Positions 9,280 through 20,086 of a DNA stretch of 64,000 bases are shown here, in pieces. The translations under genes and the position numbers were made by a program. The notes beneath the pieces are model-generated. The model saw only the letters and a list, made by a program, of their open reading frames with translations. It did no database searches and was not told the DNA's origin. This DNA comes from TPA_inf: Saccharomyces (lineage: Eukaryota), in contig BK006945.2 of NCBI GenBank assembly GCA_000146045.2, positions 32,001 to 96,000 on the forward strand. Reading direction: 5' to 3'. Position 1 is the first letter of the stretch. Each line of letters begins with the position of its first letter.

Positions 9280-12200
9280 CTAGTCCTTTTTAGAGTTCAA
9301 TTTTTCCACAAAGGCTTTTTTAGCCAATTCAATTAGGATATCCAATTCTCCACTATGCTCACACATGCTATAAAAGGCACTTTGTTTGTTAAGTAACAAA
9401 GAATATGGGTGATCATACTCTTTTACCTCACCTGCATCCATCACCAAAATTTTATCATAATCGATAACAGATCTCAACCTATGTGCAATTGTCAAAATTG
9501 TACTACCTTGGAACTCTTTTCTTATGGTTTCTTGGATCTTCGCATCGGAACTGTAGTCGATGGACGCTGTAGCTTCGTCCAGCAATATGATCTTTGGACT
9601 CCTCAGTAAAGATCTAGCAAGGCACATCAATTGGCGCTGTCCTTGAGACAAATTGGATCCACCTTCGCTAATTTCACTACTTAAATCCAAGAATTTATTA
9701 ACATTTTCGGAGTTAGTCGACGAAGCCTCATTGCTTGTTTCTCTTGTGGCGCCTTGTTGTAATTGTTCTTCACTAATTAGATTTACACGTTTCAAAGCTT
9801 CAAAGATCTGTCTGTCACTAAATTCATCATATGGGTCTAGGTTTGTTTTAATCGTCCCTGAGAATAGTGTTGGATCTTGTGGAATAATAGTTATAGAACG
9901 ACGCAGTCTTTGTAAATCAACACCGGAAATATCGATATTATCAATTTTGATATGGCCTGTCTCAGGTTCCAAAAATCTGAACAAGGCGGTAATAATAGTT
10001 GATTTACCGGCACCGGTTCTACCAACAATACCGATCTTAGACTGAGCGTCGACAGAAAATGAAACATTTTTAATTACTCTAGGTAGATTTGGAGCATACC
10101 GTAATGATAAATCATTAACCTCGATTTTACCGTCTTGTGGCCATTGTGGTGGCGGTATTTCTTTGTGTTCGTTGTATGGCTCTTGCTCAATTTCCATATA
10201 TTCTTTGACTCTTTCAACAGAATTCATATTCATCTCCACTTCAGAGTACAATCTTACCAACCACAATGCCCCTTCAGTGAAGGAAATAGCATACGTCAAA
10301 GATATACCAGCCATACCCGAATCCAGATTATTAATATTGAATAGAATGAACAAACCAGCTCCAAAAATGACCAAGGATCCAATCATATCTATCCTAAAGG
10401 CCAACCAACGATTAGCAACCCACAAGTAGAAGAATGGTTTATTATTTTCATCAATTTTGTGTAAATTCTCTTGCATAAACCTCCCTTCATCACCAAACGC
10501 ACGAATGGTGGTAACACCGACAAGAGTCTCGGAAAAATGTTGATAGATCGGTGATCTAGAAATAGATTCAAATCTTTTCAATTCACGAGAACCTGCCATG
10601 TAGAAATACCCAACAAAATAATACAATATTGAAACAACTATAGCAACAGATAAGAACTGTGGAGTAATAAATGTAATCAGTATGACGGTGGATAAACATT
10701 CAATAAGCGAATAGAAGGCGCCTTGTATATAAGGTGTCAGTTCCTGATCAATAGCTTCGATATCCTTGGAAAACCTGTTCATAATTCTACCTGTTGGAGT
10801 AGCATCAAAAAATCTTATCTTGGAGTGTAAAACCTTGTTTAGAATCATATTAAATATCTTTCTTGACGCGTTGATACCAGCAACGAAATTTAAAATAGTT
10901 TTACCAGCTCCCAATAAAGCCTGAGCAAAACCAATGATTAGGTACAAAACCAGATAATACATTGTAGAGTGTCCACTGGAAGGTTGGTTTTCAGCTGACG
11001 CCATACTGATTTGGGACGAGCCCCTCCAATCAATTAGATGACTAGCCTTCTTGGAGATAAATGCAATAGCGCGTTGTGCTCTGGGAATAATTTTAGCAAT
11101 GACATTGTGTGACGCCCAGGCACGAACCCACCATGATTGTCCGATATACAAAAGTTGGGCTATCAAGAACAAGGAAGCTAAAAATGAAACAATCTTCCAA
11201 CCACCAAAAATTTTCAAATACCATTTATAGACATCCAGACCAACCACACCTTCTTCTTTTGTTTCCTCTTTTATTAATTTACCATCTTCAGTGCGTTCAG
11301 CTTCTGTCCTCAATGATTTTTGAAGTTTCTTGGCTTCAAAGTGGGAGGAGTTGTTGTTCACGCTAACTTGTTGTTCTTTGACAGCGGGTAGGTTACTTAA
11401 GCTTGTGCTACTTTTTGCGGCTAAGTTAGCAGAAGAGTTTGCACGCGATAAGATACTACTTTTCACTAACTCGTCTTCACCAAACAAACCCTTCTGTAAC
11501 ATGTCTATTGGATCACCTTGGTCTTTAACCCTACCATCTTCTAGTAAGACTACCAATTCAGCATTTCTCAAGGTCAAGGCGATGTTGTGTGAAACCAAAA
11601 TACATGTCCTATCTTCCATTAATGGTCCAGTAATACAATTATCGTAAATCCAAGATGCAGTATGTGAATCAACTGCACTTAAACAATCATCCAAAAGGAC
11701 ATGCCTAGCATTGGAATACAAGGCTCTAGCAAGGGAGACTCTCTGCTTTTGACCACCGGATAAAGTAATACCCTTCTCACCGATTTCTGTTAGGTCACCG
11801 GCTTTCAAGATCTCAAAATCACGTTTCAATCCGCATGCTTCGACAACAGCTTTATATCTTGCCTCATTGAATGGACTATTGAATAAAATGTTGTTTTTTA
11901 CAGTATCATTTAGAAGCCAAGCGGCCTGAGAACAATAAGCGATAGAGTTAGTGGTTCCATTCGCATCTACTATTAGTTCCTGCCTTGGTTCTAGAGCTGG
12001 GACGACAACCTTACCATTGAGTAGATACATTTCACCTAATAATGCCATTAGTAGGGATGTCTTACCAGAACCAGTGGGGCCAATAACGACATTTAGTTTA
12101 CCAGTTTTGAATTCAATGTTCAAGTCTTTCAATTTGAAATCTTGATTGTCCTTATCCCAAGAGATGGTGGAATTCTCAAAGGCAAATCTGTTTCCATTTG

Positions 12201-14265
12201 GATCTATGGTCAGTTGATCGTATTTCTTTGTATCATTTTCATTTAAGAAATCCTGAACTCTATCTAACGAGACCTTTGATTGAACGACAAAACTTAACAT
12301 ATCAGACAAACGATCCAAAGGATCTCTTAATAACGTGAATAAAGAAAGTGCAGTAAAGGCAACCGGAGTGGTTAATACCTCGCCTTGAACGTAAATGTAG
12401 TAAGCAAATGAGGCGGCTGTTACAATAGTTGGGGTAACAAACCAAAGAAAGGAACTGATAGACCAAACAATGGATCTCATTAGCAGTAGAGATAATTCAT
12501 TTTCTCTAATAGTATTGATATCTTTTTCAAAATTCTCCTCCCATGAAAAGTATTTGATGATTCTGATAGCTTGAAAAGCTTCATTCAACTTTTGAATACG
12601 ATTATCTGTGACAGCCAAGTTTTTCTTTTGCAAATCGCCGATGTACTTGGCAAGCTTATAATTCAGTGGAAGCATTGCGACAATGATTAAGACACCCACA
12701 ATCGCAGCAAAACCCAGCAGACGGTATAACAGCGCCAGTGCGACAACAGTCATAACAAAAGCCTCCAAAAATGAATGAAGGTAACCACAAATTTCAGAAA
12801 CCTTGAAAGCGTCAATAGCCATGAGATTAATAATCGCTCCAAGGTTGGCAGAAGAAGTGGACTCCTCATCGCCGTTGATACTTTTTTGATCATTAATTTC
12901 CTGTGGATCCTCATTAGAAGGTTTAGTCTTGTTGGTGGAAATCTTTCTTCTCAAAGCTTTAGTATAAATCTCAGAGATTATAATACTTTTCATTCTGATA
13001 CAAACTCTCCTTCCAAAGAATAGTGCCTGTGCTTGACAAATAGCCACTAATATCCTACCTACAAACATGACAGTGACGTAAAACCAAGCTAAATTTGAGG
13101 GAGCAGATGACTGATCTTCAACATATTCCAGGATCCTTTTTAGTAAAACTGTTGGAATAAAAGAAAGGACGCTGCCTAAAAATGCCCAAAAGCATTGTAG
13201 TACCAAATAATTCGAAAAGAAAAAGAAAAGGTTTAGTGAAAAAATACGCTTCCTTTTAACCTTATGGTCAACAAAATATCTGAATTTTTTCACTACAAAG
13301 AAAGAATAATCTTGCATCATCAATCCCCAAATATCCTTAACTTTGATACTAACTTTGTGTGCTTTCCAAACAAAACTGTCTAACCAAGCCCAGCATATGA
13401 ATCCAGCAATAGAAGTGACTGGTTCTGGAGATGGAGTAATCCAGCTGTCAGTTTTATAGATGATGGCAAAATTATTTCTTATCCTCGCAAAAAAGAGTAG
13501 CAAGAAAAGGGCAAGGTTAATCGATATTTGTGAAATGTAATACTTTCTCGAAATAGGACTGTTTATATGGTGAATGAAAATGGAACGAAAGGGTAAAATC
13601 ATAGAGATAAACAAGGCCAAATAGTTTATGAACGATACCGACCATAGATTTCCGGGATATTTGTTTATGAATTTGAAATTTTGGTTGACATTTGCTAAAC
13701 GTAAAGAGACAATGATAAACAATGCACACCATTCTACCAAACCAGTAATCGTACCTTGTTGGGTGAACTCTGGGTTTTTATTGACATAGTGTAATAGTAT
13801 AAAAGAATGTATTATAACTTGAGAAAGTACCAAAAAAAATTCAAGGATAATTCTTGATTTTTCAATGAAGCCTCTTCTAACTATTTCAGGTGTACCATGA
13901 GGTTCTCCATTTACCTTAACTGATTTCAGCTTTTCCAGAGAAAAGTGTCTATTTTTTAGTGCGTCTTTTGTACAATTATTGTCCACGTAATTAGTTGTGA
14001 TGGTGTTATTATTTATCAACGGACTCTGTTCGTCTTCGTCGGTAGATGAGTATAAAAGTTCATCAATTGGATTTTTTTGCTTCAAGTGTAGAACGTCATA
14101 GTAGTAATAATGTTTCCATATGTTATAAGTTATGAACAACACCGTGAATATTAAAAGCACTAAGGGAGTATAATAATTAAGGTACTTTGTTCTGCCGTAC
14201 TGAGTTACGTCATCGTAAAACCAAAACCGATGGTCAGGTCTCGTTGAATTGAGTACGTGATGCAT
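9280..14265 (-). CDS. YBT1: ABCC/MRP-family vacuolar ABC transporter YBT1, 1661 aa
   Basis: The track start at 14313 is TTG. The first ATG is at 14263-14265 (MHHVLNSTRPDHRF…). There are two NBDs with Walker A (GPTGSGKTS and GRTGAGKST) and the ABC signature (LSGGQKQR and LSQGQRQL), plus TMD0+TMD1+TMD2 topology. Confidence 0.9.
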   Translation of the reverse strand: MHHVLNSTRPDHRFWFYDDVTQYGRTKYLNYYTPLVLLIFTVLFITYNIWKHYYYYDVLHLKQKNPIDELLYSSTDEDEQSPLINNNTITTNYVDNNCTKDALKNRHFSLEKLKSVKVNGEPHGTPEIVRRGFIEKSRIILEFFLVLSQVIIHSFILLHYVNKNPEFTQQGTITGLVEWCALFIIVSLRLANVNQNFKFINKYPGNLWSVSFINYLALFISMILPFRSIFIHHINSPISRKYYISQISINLALFLLLFFARIRNNFAIIYKTDSWITPSPEPVTSIAGFICWAWLDSFVWKAHKVSIKVKDIWGLMMQDYSFFVVKKFRYFVDHKVKRKRIFSLNLFFFFSNYLVLQCFWAFLGSVLSFIPTVLLKRILEYVEDQSSAPSNLAWFYVTVMFVGRILVAICQAQALFFGRRVCIRMKSIIISEIYTKALRRKISTNKTKPSNEDPQEINDQKSINGDEESTSSANLGAIINLMAIDAFKVSEICGYLHSFLEAFVMTVVALALLYRLLGFAAIVGVLIIVAMLPLNYKLAKYIGDLQKKNLAVTDNRIQKLNEAFQAIRIIKYFSWEENFEKDINTIRENELSLLLMRSIVWSISSFLWFVTPTIVTAASFAYYIYVQGEVLTTPVAFTALSLFTLLRDPLDRLSDMLSFVVQSKVSLDRVQDFLNENDTKKYDQLTIDPNGNRFAFENSTISWDKDNQDFKLKDLNIEFKTGKLNVVIGPTGSGKTSLLMALLGEMYLLNGKVVVPALEPRQELIVDANGTTNSIAYCSQAAWLLNDTVKNNILFNSPFNEARYKAVVEACGLKRDFEILKAGDLTEIGEKGITLSGGQKQRVSLARALYSNARHVLLDDCLSAVDSHTASWIYDNCITGPLMEDRTCILVSHNIALTLRNAELVVLLEDGRVKDQGDPIDMLQKGLFGEDELVKSSILSRANSSANLAAKSSTSLSNLPAVKEQQVSVNNNSSHFEAKKLQKSLRTEAERTEDGKLIKEETKEEGVVGLDVYKWYLKIFGGWKIVSFLASLFLIAQLLYIGQSWWVRAWASHNVIAKIIPRAQRAIAFISKKASHLIDWRGSSQISMASAENQPSSGHSTMYYLVLYLIIGFAQALLGAGKTILNFVAGINASRKIFNMILNKVLHSKIRFFDATPTGRIMNRFSKDIEAIDQELTPYIQGAFYSLIECLSTVILITFITPQFLSVAIVVSILYYFVGYFYMAGSRELKRFESISRSPIYQHFSETLVGVTTIRAFGDEGRFMQENLHKIDENNKPFFYLWVANRWLAFRIDMIGSLVIFGAGLFILFNINNLDSGMAGISLTYAISFTEGALWLVRLYSEVEMNMNSVERVKEYMEIEQEPYNEHKEIPPPQWPQDGKIEVNDLSLRYAPNLPRVIKNVSFSVDAQSKIGIVGRTGAGKSTIITALFRFLEPETGHIKIDNIDISGVDLQRLRRSITIIPQDPTLFSGTIKTNLDPYDEFSDRQIFEALKRVNLISEEQLQQGATRETSNEASSTNSENVNKFLDLSSEISEGGSNLSQGQRQLMCLARSLLRSPKIILLDEATASIDYSSDAKIQETIRKEFQGSTILTIAHRLRSVIDYDKILVMDAGEVKEYDHPYSLLLNKQSAFYSMCEHSGELDILIELAKKAFVEKLNSKKD

Positions 14266-14713
14266 GTTCTCCGTAGCTTTTCCCCCCTTGATGAGCTCTT
14301 CTAAAAAGTACAAAATCTAGGAAAGTATAATGTTTCTTAAATGCGATGAAATGAAGTGAAAAGAAAAAGCGACTGGCAACTATAAAGAAACAATGCCGGT
14401 TTTTCGCACTTAATTGTTTTCAAAAGATCACTTGTTTATATTAGCTGCTAAATTGTTTATTCTATTTAAAACGTGTAGTAAGGAAAAGGCCTGCTCTGTA
14501 GTTAATATATTCTTATCTGAAAATTTTATATACTTCATTAGTCACAACGTACGTTCTTTGCAGATGCGCACACAAAAAAAAAAGGGCACCAAAATAAAGG
14601 AGGATGCGAAGGTATGACACATTTTCTGGATACCTTTACTGGCTAACTATTGGTTGTGATATTTTGCAGAGATGATGAGAAGTCAAAGCAAGTATACTAG
14701 CTATTTTTTTTTT

Positions 14714-15463
14714 TTAATTTTGTTTTATTTTTGTATTATCTCCTCCTTCTTGTTTCTGTTCATTTTTCTTGGCAGAGGCTATCTTAACCAACAATACTCT
14801 ACCATTACTTGCCTTCCGACCTTTAAATTCTCGACATTTCTTTTGAATACTATCTCCAGTCCCCAGGTTGTCAAACTTGATGAAGGCTTCGCCGGTGTGA
14901 AACTCGTCGGAAAAGAAAACTTTGTTTGTTCTCAAATCCACCAATTCTCTTCTTACAAAGTTTATATTTTTAGGGTCAACACCAAAGATTTTGGCAAGGT
15001 CTTCATTTGTCGATTTCATGGGAATGTTTTTCACATAGAGAGTATTTGTGGATAGTGGCTTGAGATCAGGAGCAGTTTTCTTGTTTGATTTCTGGTTTTT
15101 TTCAAAACTTTTTTCCTCTTTTGTTAAGATGTTTTCAATAACAATTTTTTCATTCATAAAAATTTTACCGTTCATCTTCTCTTTCACTTTTTTCAGATTC
15201 ACACCCTCTTGAAATTCTATAAATGCAAACCTTTTCAGCGGTTTCTTGAGTGGCTTTTTCTTTAGCATATTTATTGTTATCTTACCATAATTTGGCTCAA
15301 ACAAATCTCTCAAGTCCTGTTTACGGCAGTTTTTAGGAAGATTGCCGACATATAATGTCCTCCTATCATTTAGTACTCTTTTTTTTATTTTTGTATTTTC
15401 AGGAACAACTGTTGTTGTTTTTTTTCCGTTGACGTTATAAAACTCTATCTCCTCTATTAGCAT
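14714..15463 (-). CDS. RNP1: RRM-containing ribonucleoprotein RNP1, 249 aa
   Basis: ATG start confirmed. Contains RNP-type RRM motifs (RTLYVGNLP…, KRFAFIEF, NTLYVKNIP…). The position between YBT1 and RPL8B fits YLL046C. Confidence 0.85.
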   Translation of the reverse strand: MLIEEIEFYNVNGKKTTTVVPENTKIKKRVLNDRRTLYVGNLPKNCRKQDLRDLFEPNYGKITINMLKKKPLKKPLKRFAFIEFQEGVNLKKVKEKMNGKIFMNEKIVIENILTKEEKSFEKNQKSNKKTAPDLKPLSTNTLYVKNIPMKSTNEDLAKIFGVDPKNINFVRRELVDLRTNKVFFSDEFHTGEAFIKFDNLGTGDSIQKKCREFKGRKASNGRVLLVKIASAKKNEQKQEGGDNTKIKQN

Positions 15464-15858
15464 TGCCTATTCTTTTCTTAAAAGTTTCTTTCTTCTTAAT
15501 TTTTTCAAGATTACTTGGGAAGATGCCCTATTTCCATTGATTTGAACGTATGTATGAATGAAAAGGAAGTGAGAAGGAACAAGAGAAAAGAACAAAAGAG
15601 TTTTTAGTTTTTATATTTGCTTACAGGAACTTCGGCGGCTATTTGTTGTATCGTCGACAGTGACGCTGATTCTTTCAAATATAAATAGCTGCCCCAATTA
15701 GTTTTGCTTGGCAAAACCCGACATTGATGAACTAGTGCCGCGCTTAAAAGTATAATGTTGCTCTATTATTTTTCAAAAATTCATACAAAAGAAAACGGGA
15801 ATTAAGTAAGTATACAAAATATAATTATATTACGATGTTCGAAATTCTATATATGAAT

Positions 15859-16629
15859 TTAAGCGGAGTCGGAAGTCTTAGCTCTCTTGTCCATCTTAGC
15901 TTGAGCCTTGTTACCAAGGATACCACCGCCCCAGTGCTTCTTGACTTCATCGTATTTGTCAGCGAAGTTAGCGTCAATGGTGGAAACCAACTTAGCCAAA
16001 GCAGCTTCGTCTTCGGCTCTGACTTCGGTCAAAGCGGCAACAGCAGAAGTCTTTTGGTTAACCAAAGTACCCAATCTAGCCTTACCCTTGATAATGGCGT
16101 ATGGAACACCCATCTTCTTACACAAAGCTGGTAGGAAAACAACCAATTCAATTGGGTCGACGTCGTTAGCAATCAAAACCAACTTGGCCTTCTTGTTTTC
16201 AATCAAAGAGACAACATGGTTCAAACCGTACTTAACAGCGTATGGCTTTGGAGAAGCGTCTTGCTTAGACTTACCTTCAGCGATAGCGGCAGCTTCCTTG
16301 GTCAATCTTTCCTTCTTTTCAGCAGCGGTTTCTGGTCTGTACTTGTTGAACAACTTGAAGGTTTCAGCAGCGGTGTTTCTGTCCAAAGTGTATTGGAATT
16401 GAGCAATGGTTGGAGGAACCTTCAATCTGATGGACAAGATCTTCTTTTGTCTTTGCAATCTGACATATTCTGGCCATTTGACGTATCTGGACAAGTTTCT
16501 CTTTGGTTGGACAGCTTGGCCAATACCGAAGTTCTTTGGAGTAGAGTGAGTCAATGGGTTCTTAGCCTTGTTAGACTTAGTGGACTTAGCACCGAATGGA
16601 GCTGGAGCAACTTTCTTACCTGGAGCCAT
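15859..16629 (-). CDS. RPL8B: 60S ribosomal protein L8 (L7Ae family), B paralog, 256 aa, intronless
   Basis: [65 protein letters not shown]… matches yeast L8. ATG start confirmed. Confidence 0.95.
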   Translation of the reverse strand: MAPGKKVAPAPFGAKSTKSNKAKNPLTHSTPKNFGIGQAVQPKRNLSRYVKWPEYVRLQRQKKILSIRLKVPPTIAQFQYTLDRNTAAETFKLFNKYRPETAAEKKERLTKEAAAIAEGKSKQDASPKPYAVKYGLNHVVSLIENKKAKLVLIANDVDPIELVVFLPALCKKMGVPYAIIKGKARLGTLVNQKTSAVAALTEVRAEDEAALAKLVSTIDANFADKYDEVKKHWGGGILGNKAQAKMDKRAKTSDSA

Positions 16630-16855
16630 CTTTTCTTTCAGTTATCGTGTTCACTGTATTGAAAAACAGATATAAAAAAAAAAAATAGTGAATTTCAACG
16701 TGCGCATCACAATACTTATGTCTTGATAATAATATCGATCCCATACTATTGTCCCTGGATTTTGAGATGGGAAAAGTTTCAATGCGTTCTATCGTATAGT
16801 ATGATGTATTCAAAAAAAATGCGATAATTCTTTAGTTGTCGGCACTTCGGAAGCC

Positions 16856-16879
16856 AAAAAAAAAAAAAAAAAAAAAAAA
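16856..16879. promoter_or_regulatory. A24 homopolymer (poly(dA:dT)) followed by GAAAAAAAGAAAAG, in the divergent RPL8B/FPS1 intergenic region about 230 bp upstream of the RPL8B ATG
   Basis: Direct read: 24 consecutive A. This is T-rich on the RPL8B strand and is a typical nucleosome-excluding element of RP promoters. Confidence 0.7.
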
Positions 16880-17937
16880 GAAAAAAAGAAAAGGGTGTCT
16901 AAGATGTACGGATCTTCATTGGGATGGAAAACAGGCAAGTAAAAAGAATAGTAATTATTACAATGGAGAAGATAAGATAAAGTTAGCGGCAACAAATAAA
17001 GAACTCATCAGAGTTCTTGGCTTCTCTATGAGTGAAAGTGTTTCAAAGGTGTTTTTTTATGAGACAACAGTAATTCCCCTCCTTCAGAACAGAGTGTAGT
17101 GATTGGCAGTGAAGCTATCCCTCTTTGCCACCCAATTTTGACGGCAGTTCTCATAGCATCTCAAAGCAATAGCAGTGCAAAAGTACATAACCGTAGGAAG
17201 GTACGCGGTAGGTATTTGAGTTCGTTGGTGGTTATCCTCCGCAAGGCGCTTCGGCGGTTATTTGTTGATAGTCGAAGAACACCAAAAAAAATGCTGTTAT
17301 TGCTTTCTCCGTAAACAATAAAACCCGGTAGCGGGATAACGCGGCTGATGCTTTTATTTAGGAAGGAATACTTACATTATCATGAGAACATTGTCAAGGG
17401 CATTCTGATACGGGCCTTCCATCGCAAGAAAAAGGCAGCAACGGACTGAGGGACGGAGAGAGTTACGGCATAAGAAGTAGTAGGAGAGCAGAGTGTCATA
17501 AAGTTATATTATTCTCGTCCTAAAGTCAATTAGTTCTGTTGCGCTTGACAATATATGTCGTGTAATACCGTCCCTTAGCAGAAGAAAGAAAGACGGATCC
17601 ATATATGTTAAAATGCTTCAGAGATGTTTCTTTAATGTGCCGTCCAACAAAGGTATCTTCTGTAGCTTCCTCTATTTTCGATCAGATCTCATAGTGAGAA
17701 GGCGCAATTCAGTAGTTAAAAGCGGGGAACAGTGTGAATCCGGAGACGGCAAGATTGCCCGGCCCTTTTTGCGGAAAAGATAAAACAAGATATATTGCAC
17801 TTTTTCCACCAAGAAAAACAGGAAGTGGATTAAAAAATCAACAAAGTATAACGCCTATTGTCCCAATAAGCGTCGGTTGTTCTTCTTTATTATTTTACCA
17901 AGTACGCTCGAGGGTACATTCTAATGCATTAAAAGAC

Positions 17938-19947
17938 ATGAGTAATCCTCAAAAAGCTCTAAACGACTTTCTGTCCAGTGAATCTGTTCATACACATGAT
18001 AGTTCTAGGAAACAATCTAATAAGCAGTCATCCGACGAAGGACGCTCTTCATCACAACCTTCACATCATCACTCTGGTGGTACTAACAACAATAATAACA
18101 ATAATAATAATAATAATAACAGTAACAACAACAACAACGGCAACGATGGGGGAAATGATGACGACTATGATTATGAAATGCAAGATTATAGACCTTCTCC
18201 GCAAAGTGCGCGGCCTACTCCCACGTATGTTCCACAATATTCTGTAGAAAGTGGGACTGCTTTCCCGATTCAAGAGGTTATTCCTAGCGCATACATTAAC
18301 ACACAAGATATAAACCATAAAGATAACGGTCCGCCGAGTGCAAGCAGTAATAGAGCATTCAGGCCTAGAGGGCAGACCACAGTGTCGGCCAACGTGCTTA
18401 ACATTGAAGATTTTTACAAAAATGCAGACGATGCGCATACCATCCCGGAGTCACATTTATCGAGAAGGAGAAGTAGGTCGAGGGCTACGAGTAATGCTGG
18501 GCACAGTGCCAATACAGGCGCCACGAATGGCAGGACTACTGGTGCCCAAACTAATATGGAAAGCAATGAATCACCACGTAACGTCCCCATTATGGTGAAG
18601 CCAAAGACATTATACCAGAACCCTCAAACACCTACAGTCTTGCCCTCCACATACCATCCAATTAATAAATGGTCTTCCGTCAAAAACACTTATTTGAAGG
18701 AATTTTTAGCCGAGTTTATGGGAACAATGGTTATGATTATTTTCGGTAGTGCTGTTGTTTGTCAGGTCAATGTTGCTGGGAAAATACAGCAGGACAATTT
18801 CAACGTGGCTTTGGATAACCTTAACGTTACCGGGTCTTCTGCAGAAACGATAGACGCTATGAAGAGTTTAACATCCTTGGTTTCATCCGTTGCGGGCGGT
18901 ACCTTTGATGATGTGGCATTGGGCTGGGCTGCTGCCGTGGTGATGGGCTATTTCTGCGCTGGTGGTAGTGCCATCTCAGGTGCTCATTTGAATCCGTCTA
19001 TTACATTAGCCAATTTGGTGTATAGAGGTTTTCCCCTGAAGAAAGTTCCTTATTACTTTGCTGGACAATTGATCGGTGCCTTCACAGGCGCTTTGATCTT
19101 GTTTATTTGGTACAAAAGGGTGTTACAAGAGGCATATAGCGATTGGTGGATGAATGAAAGTGTTGCGGGAATGTTTTGCGTTTTTCCAAAGCCTTATCTA
19201 AGTTCAGGACGGCAATTTTTTTCCGAATTTTTATGTGGAGCTATGTTACAAGCAGGAACATTTGCGCTGACCGATCCTTATACGTGTTTGTCCTCTGATG
19301 TTTTCCCATTGATGATGTTTATTTTGATTTTCATTATCAATGCTTCCATGGCTTATCAGACAGGTACAGCAATGAATTTGGCTCGTGATCTGGGCCCACG
19401 TCTTGCACTATATGCAGTTGGATTTGATCATAAAATGCTTTGGGTGCATCATCATCATTTCTTTTGGGTTCCCATGGTAGGCCCATTTATTGGTGCGTTA
19501 ATGGGGGGGTTGGTTTACGATGTCTGTATTTATCAGGGTCATGAATCTCCAGTCAACTGGTCTTTACCAGTTTATAAGGAAATGATTATGAGAGCCTGGT
19601 TTAGAAGGCCTGGTTGGAAGAAGAGAAATAGAGCAAGAAGAACATCGGACCTGAGTGACTTCTCATACAATAACGATGATGATGAGGAATTTGGAGAAAG
19701 AATGGCTCTTCAAAAGACAAAGACCAAGTCATCTATTTCAGACAACGAAAATGAAGCAGGAGAAAAGAAAGTGCAATTTAAATCTGTTCAGCGCGGCAAA
19801 AGAACGTTTGGTGGTATACCAACAATTCTTGAAGAAGAAGATTCCATTGAAACTGCTTCGCTAGGTGCGACGACGACTGATTCTATTGGGTTATCCGACA
19901 CATCATCAGAAGATTCGCATTATGGTAATGCTAAGAAGGTAACATGA
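17938..19947 (+). CDS. FPS1: Aquaglyceroporin (glycerol export channel) FPS1, 669 aa
   Basis: The track start at 17734 is GTG. The first in-frame ATG is at 17938 (MSNPQKALNDFLSSE…). The MIP-family core is present with the Fps1-type variant signature motifs (NPS… and NLA rather than NPA) and the long N/C extensions typical of Fps1. Confidence 0.9.
   Translation: MSNPQKALNDFLSSESVHTHDSSRKQSNKQSSDEGRSSSQPSHHHSGGTNNNNNNNNNNNNSNNNNNGNDGGNDDDYDYEMQDYRPSPQSARPTPTYVPQYSVESGTAFPIQEVIPSAYINTQDINHKDNGPPSASSNRAFRPRGQTTVSANVLNIEDFYKNADDAHTIPESHLSRRRSRSRATSNAGHSANTGATNGRTTGAQTNMESNESPRNVPIMVKPKTLYQNPQTPTVLPSTYHPINKWSSVKNTYLKEFLAEFMGTMVMIIFGSAVVCQVNVAGKIQQDNFNVALDNLNVTGSSAETIDAMKSLTSLVSSVAGGTFDDVALGWAAAVVMGYFCAGGSAISGAHLNPSITLANLVYRGFPLKKVPYYFAGQLIGAFTGALILFIWYKRVLQEAYSDWWMNESVAGMFCVFPKPYLSSGRQFFSEFLCGAMLQAGTFALTDPYTCLSSDVFPLMMFILIFIINASMAYQTGTAMNLARDLGPRLALYAVGFDHKMLWVHHHHFFWVPMVGPFIGALMGGLVYDVCIYQGHESPVNWSLPVYKEMIMRAWFRRPGWKKRNRARRTSDLSDFSYNNDDDEEFGERMALQKTKTKSSISDNENEAGEKKVQFKSVQRGKRTFGGIPTILEEEDSIETASLGATTTDSIGLSDTSSEDSHYGNAKKVT
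18084..18146 (+). repeat. Imperfect AAT/AAC trinucleotide tract encoding a poly-Asn run (NNNNNNNNNNNNNSNNNNNGN) in the FPS1 N-terminal extension
   Basis: Direct read: aacaacaataataacaataataataataataataacagtaacaacaacaacaacggcaac. Confidence 0.9.
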
Positions 19948-20086
19948 GAAAACAGACAAGAAAAAGAAACAAATAATATAGACTGATAGAAAAAAATACT
20001 GCTTACTACCGCCGGTATAATATATATATATATATATATTTACATAGATGATTGCATAGTGTTTTAAAAAGCTTTCCTAGGTTAAG

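Noticed and set aside
14672-15055. A 127-aa + strand ORF inside RNP1 (corresponds to the dubious YLL047W)
   Set aside because: It lies entirely antisense to the well-supported RNP1 CDS. Its sequence is low-complexity and F/L-rich, the typical shadow of an AT-rich coding strand.
15908-16662. 164-aa and 148-aa + strand ORFs antisense to RPL8B (the second corresponds to the dubious YLL044W)
   Set aside because: They are antisense to a highly conserved ribosomal protein gene. Such ORFs persist because RP codon bias avoids stops on the opposite strand.
16880-17120. Candidate Rap1 sites in the RPL8B promoter (e.g. aagatgtacggatc, gccacccaatttt)
   Set aside because: These are only partial matches to ACACCCRYACAYM. 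They are plausible for an RP promoter but not strong enough to annotate.
17734-17937. A 68-codon in-frame upstream extension of FPS1 (and similar extensions of FRE6, YBT1, GPI13, LDB18, ENT4, ATG10 and YLL053C in the track)
   Set aside because: The track calls GTG or TTG as start codons, which I verified at each site. Eukaryotic initiation needs AUG, and the first in-frame ATG reproduces the known protein lengths.
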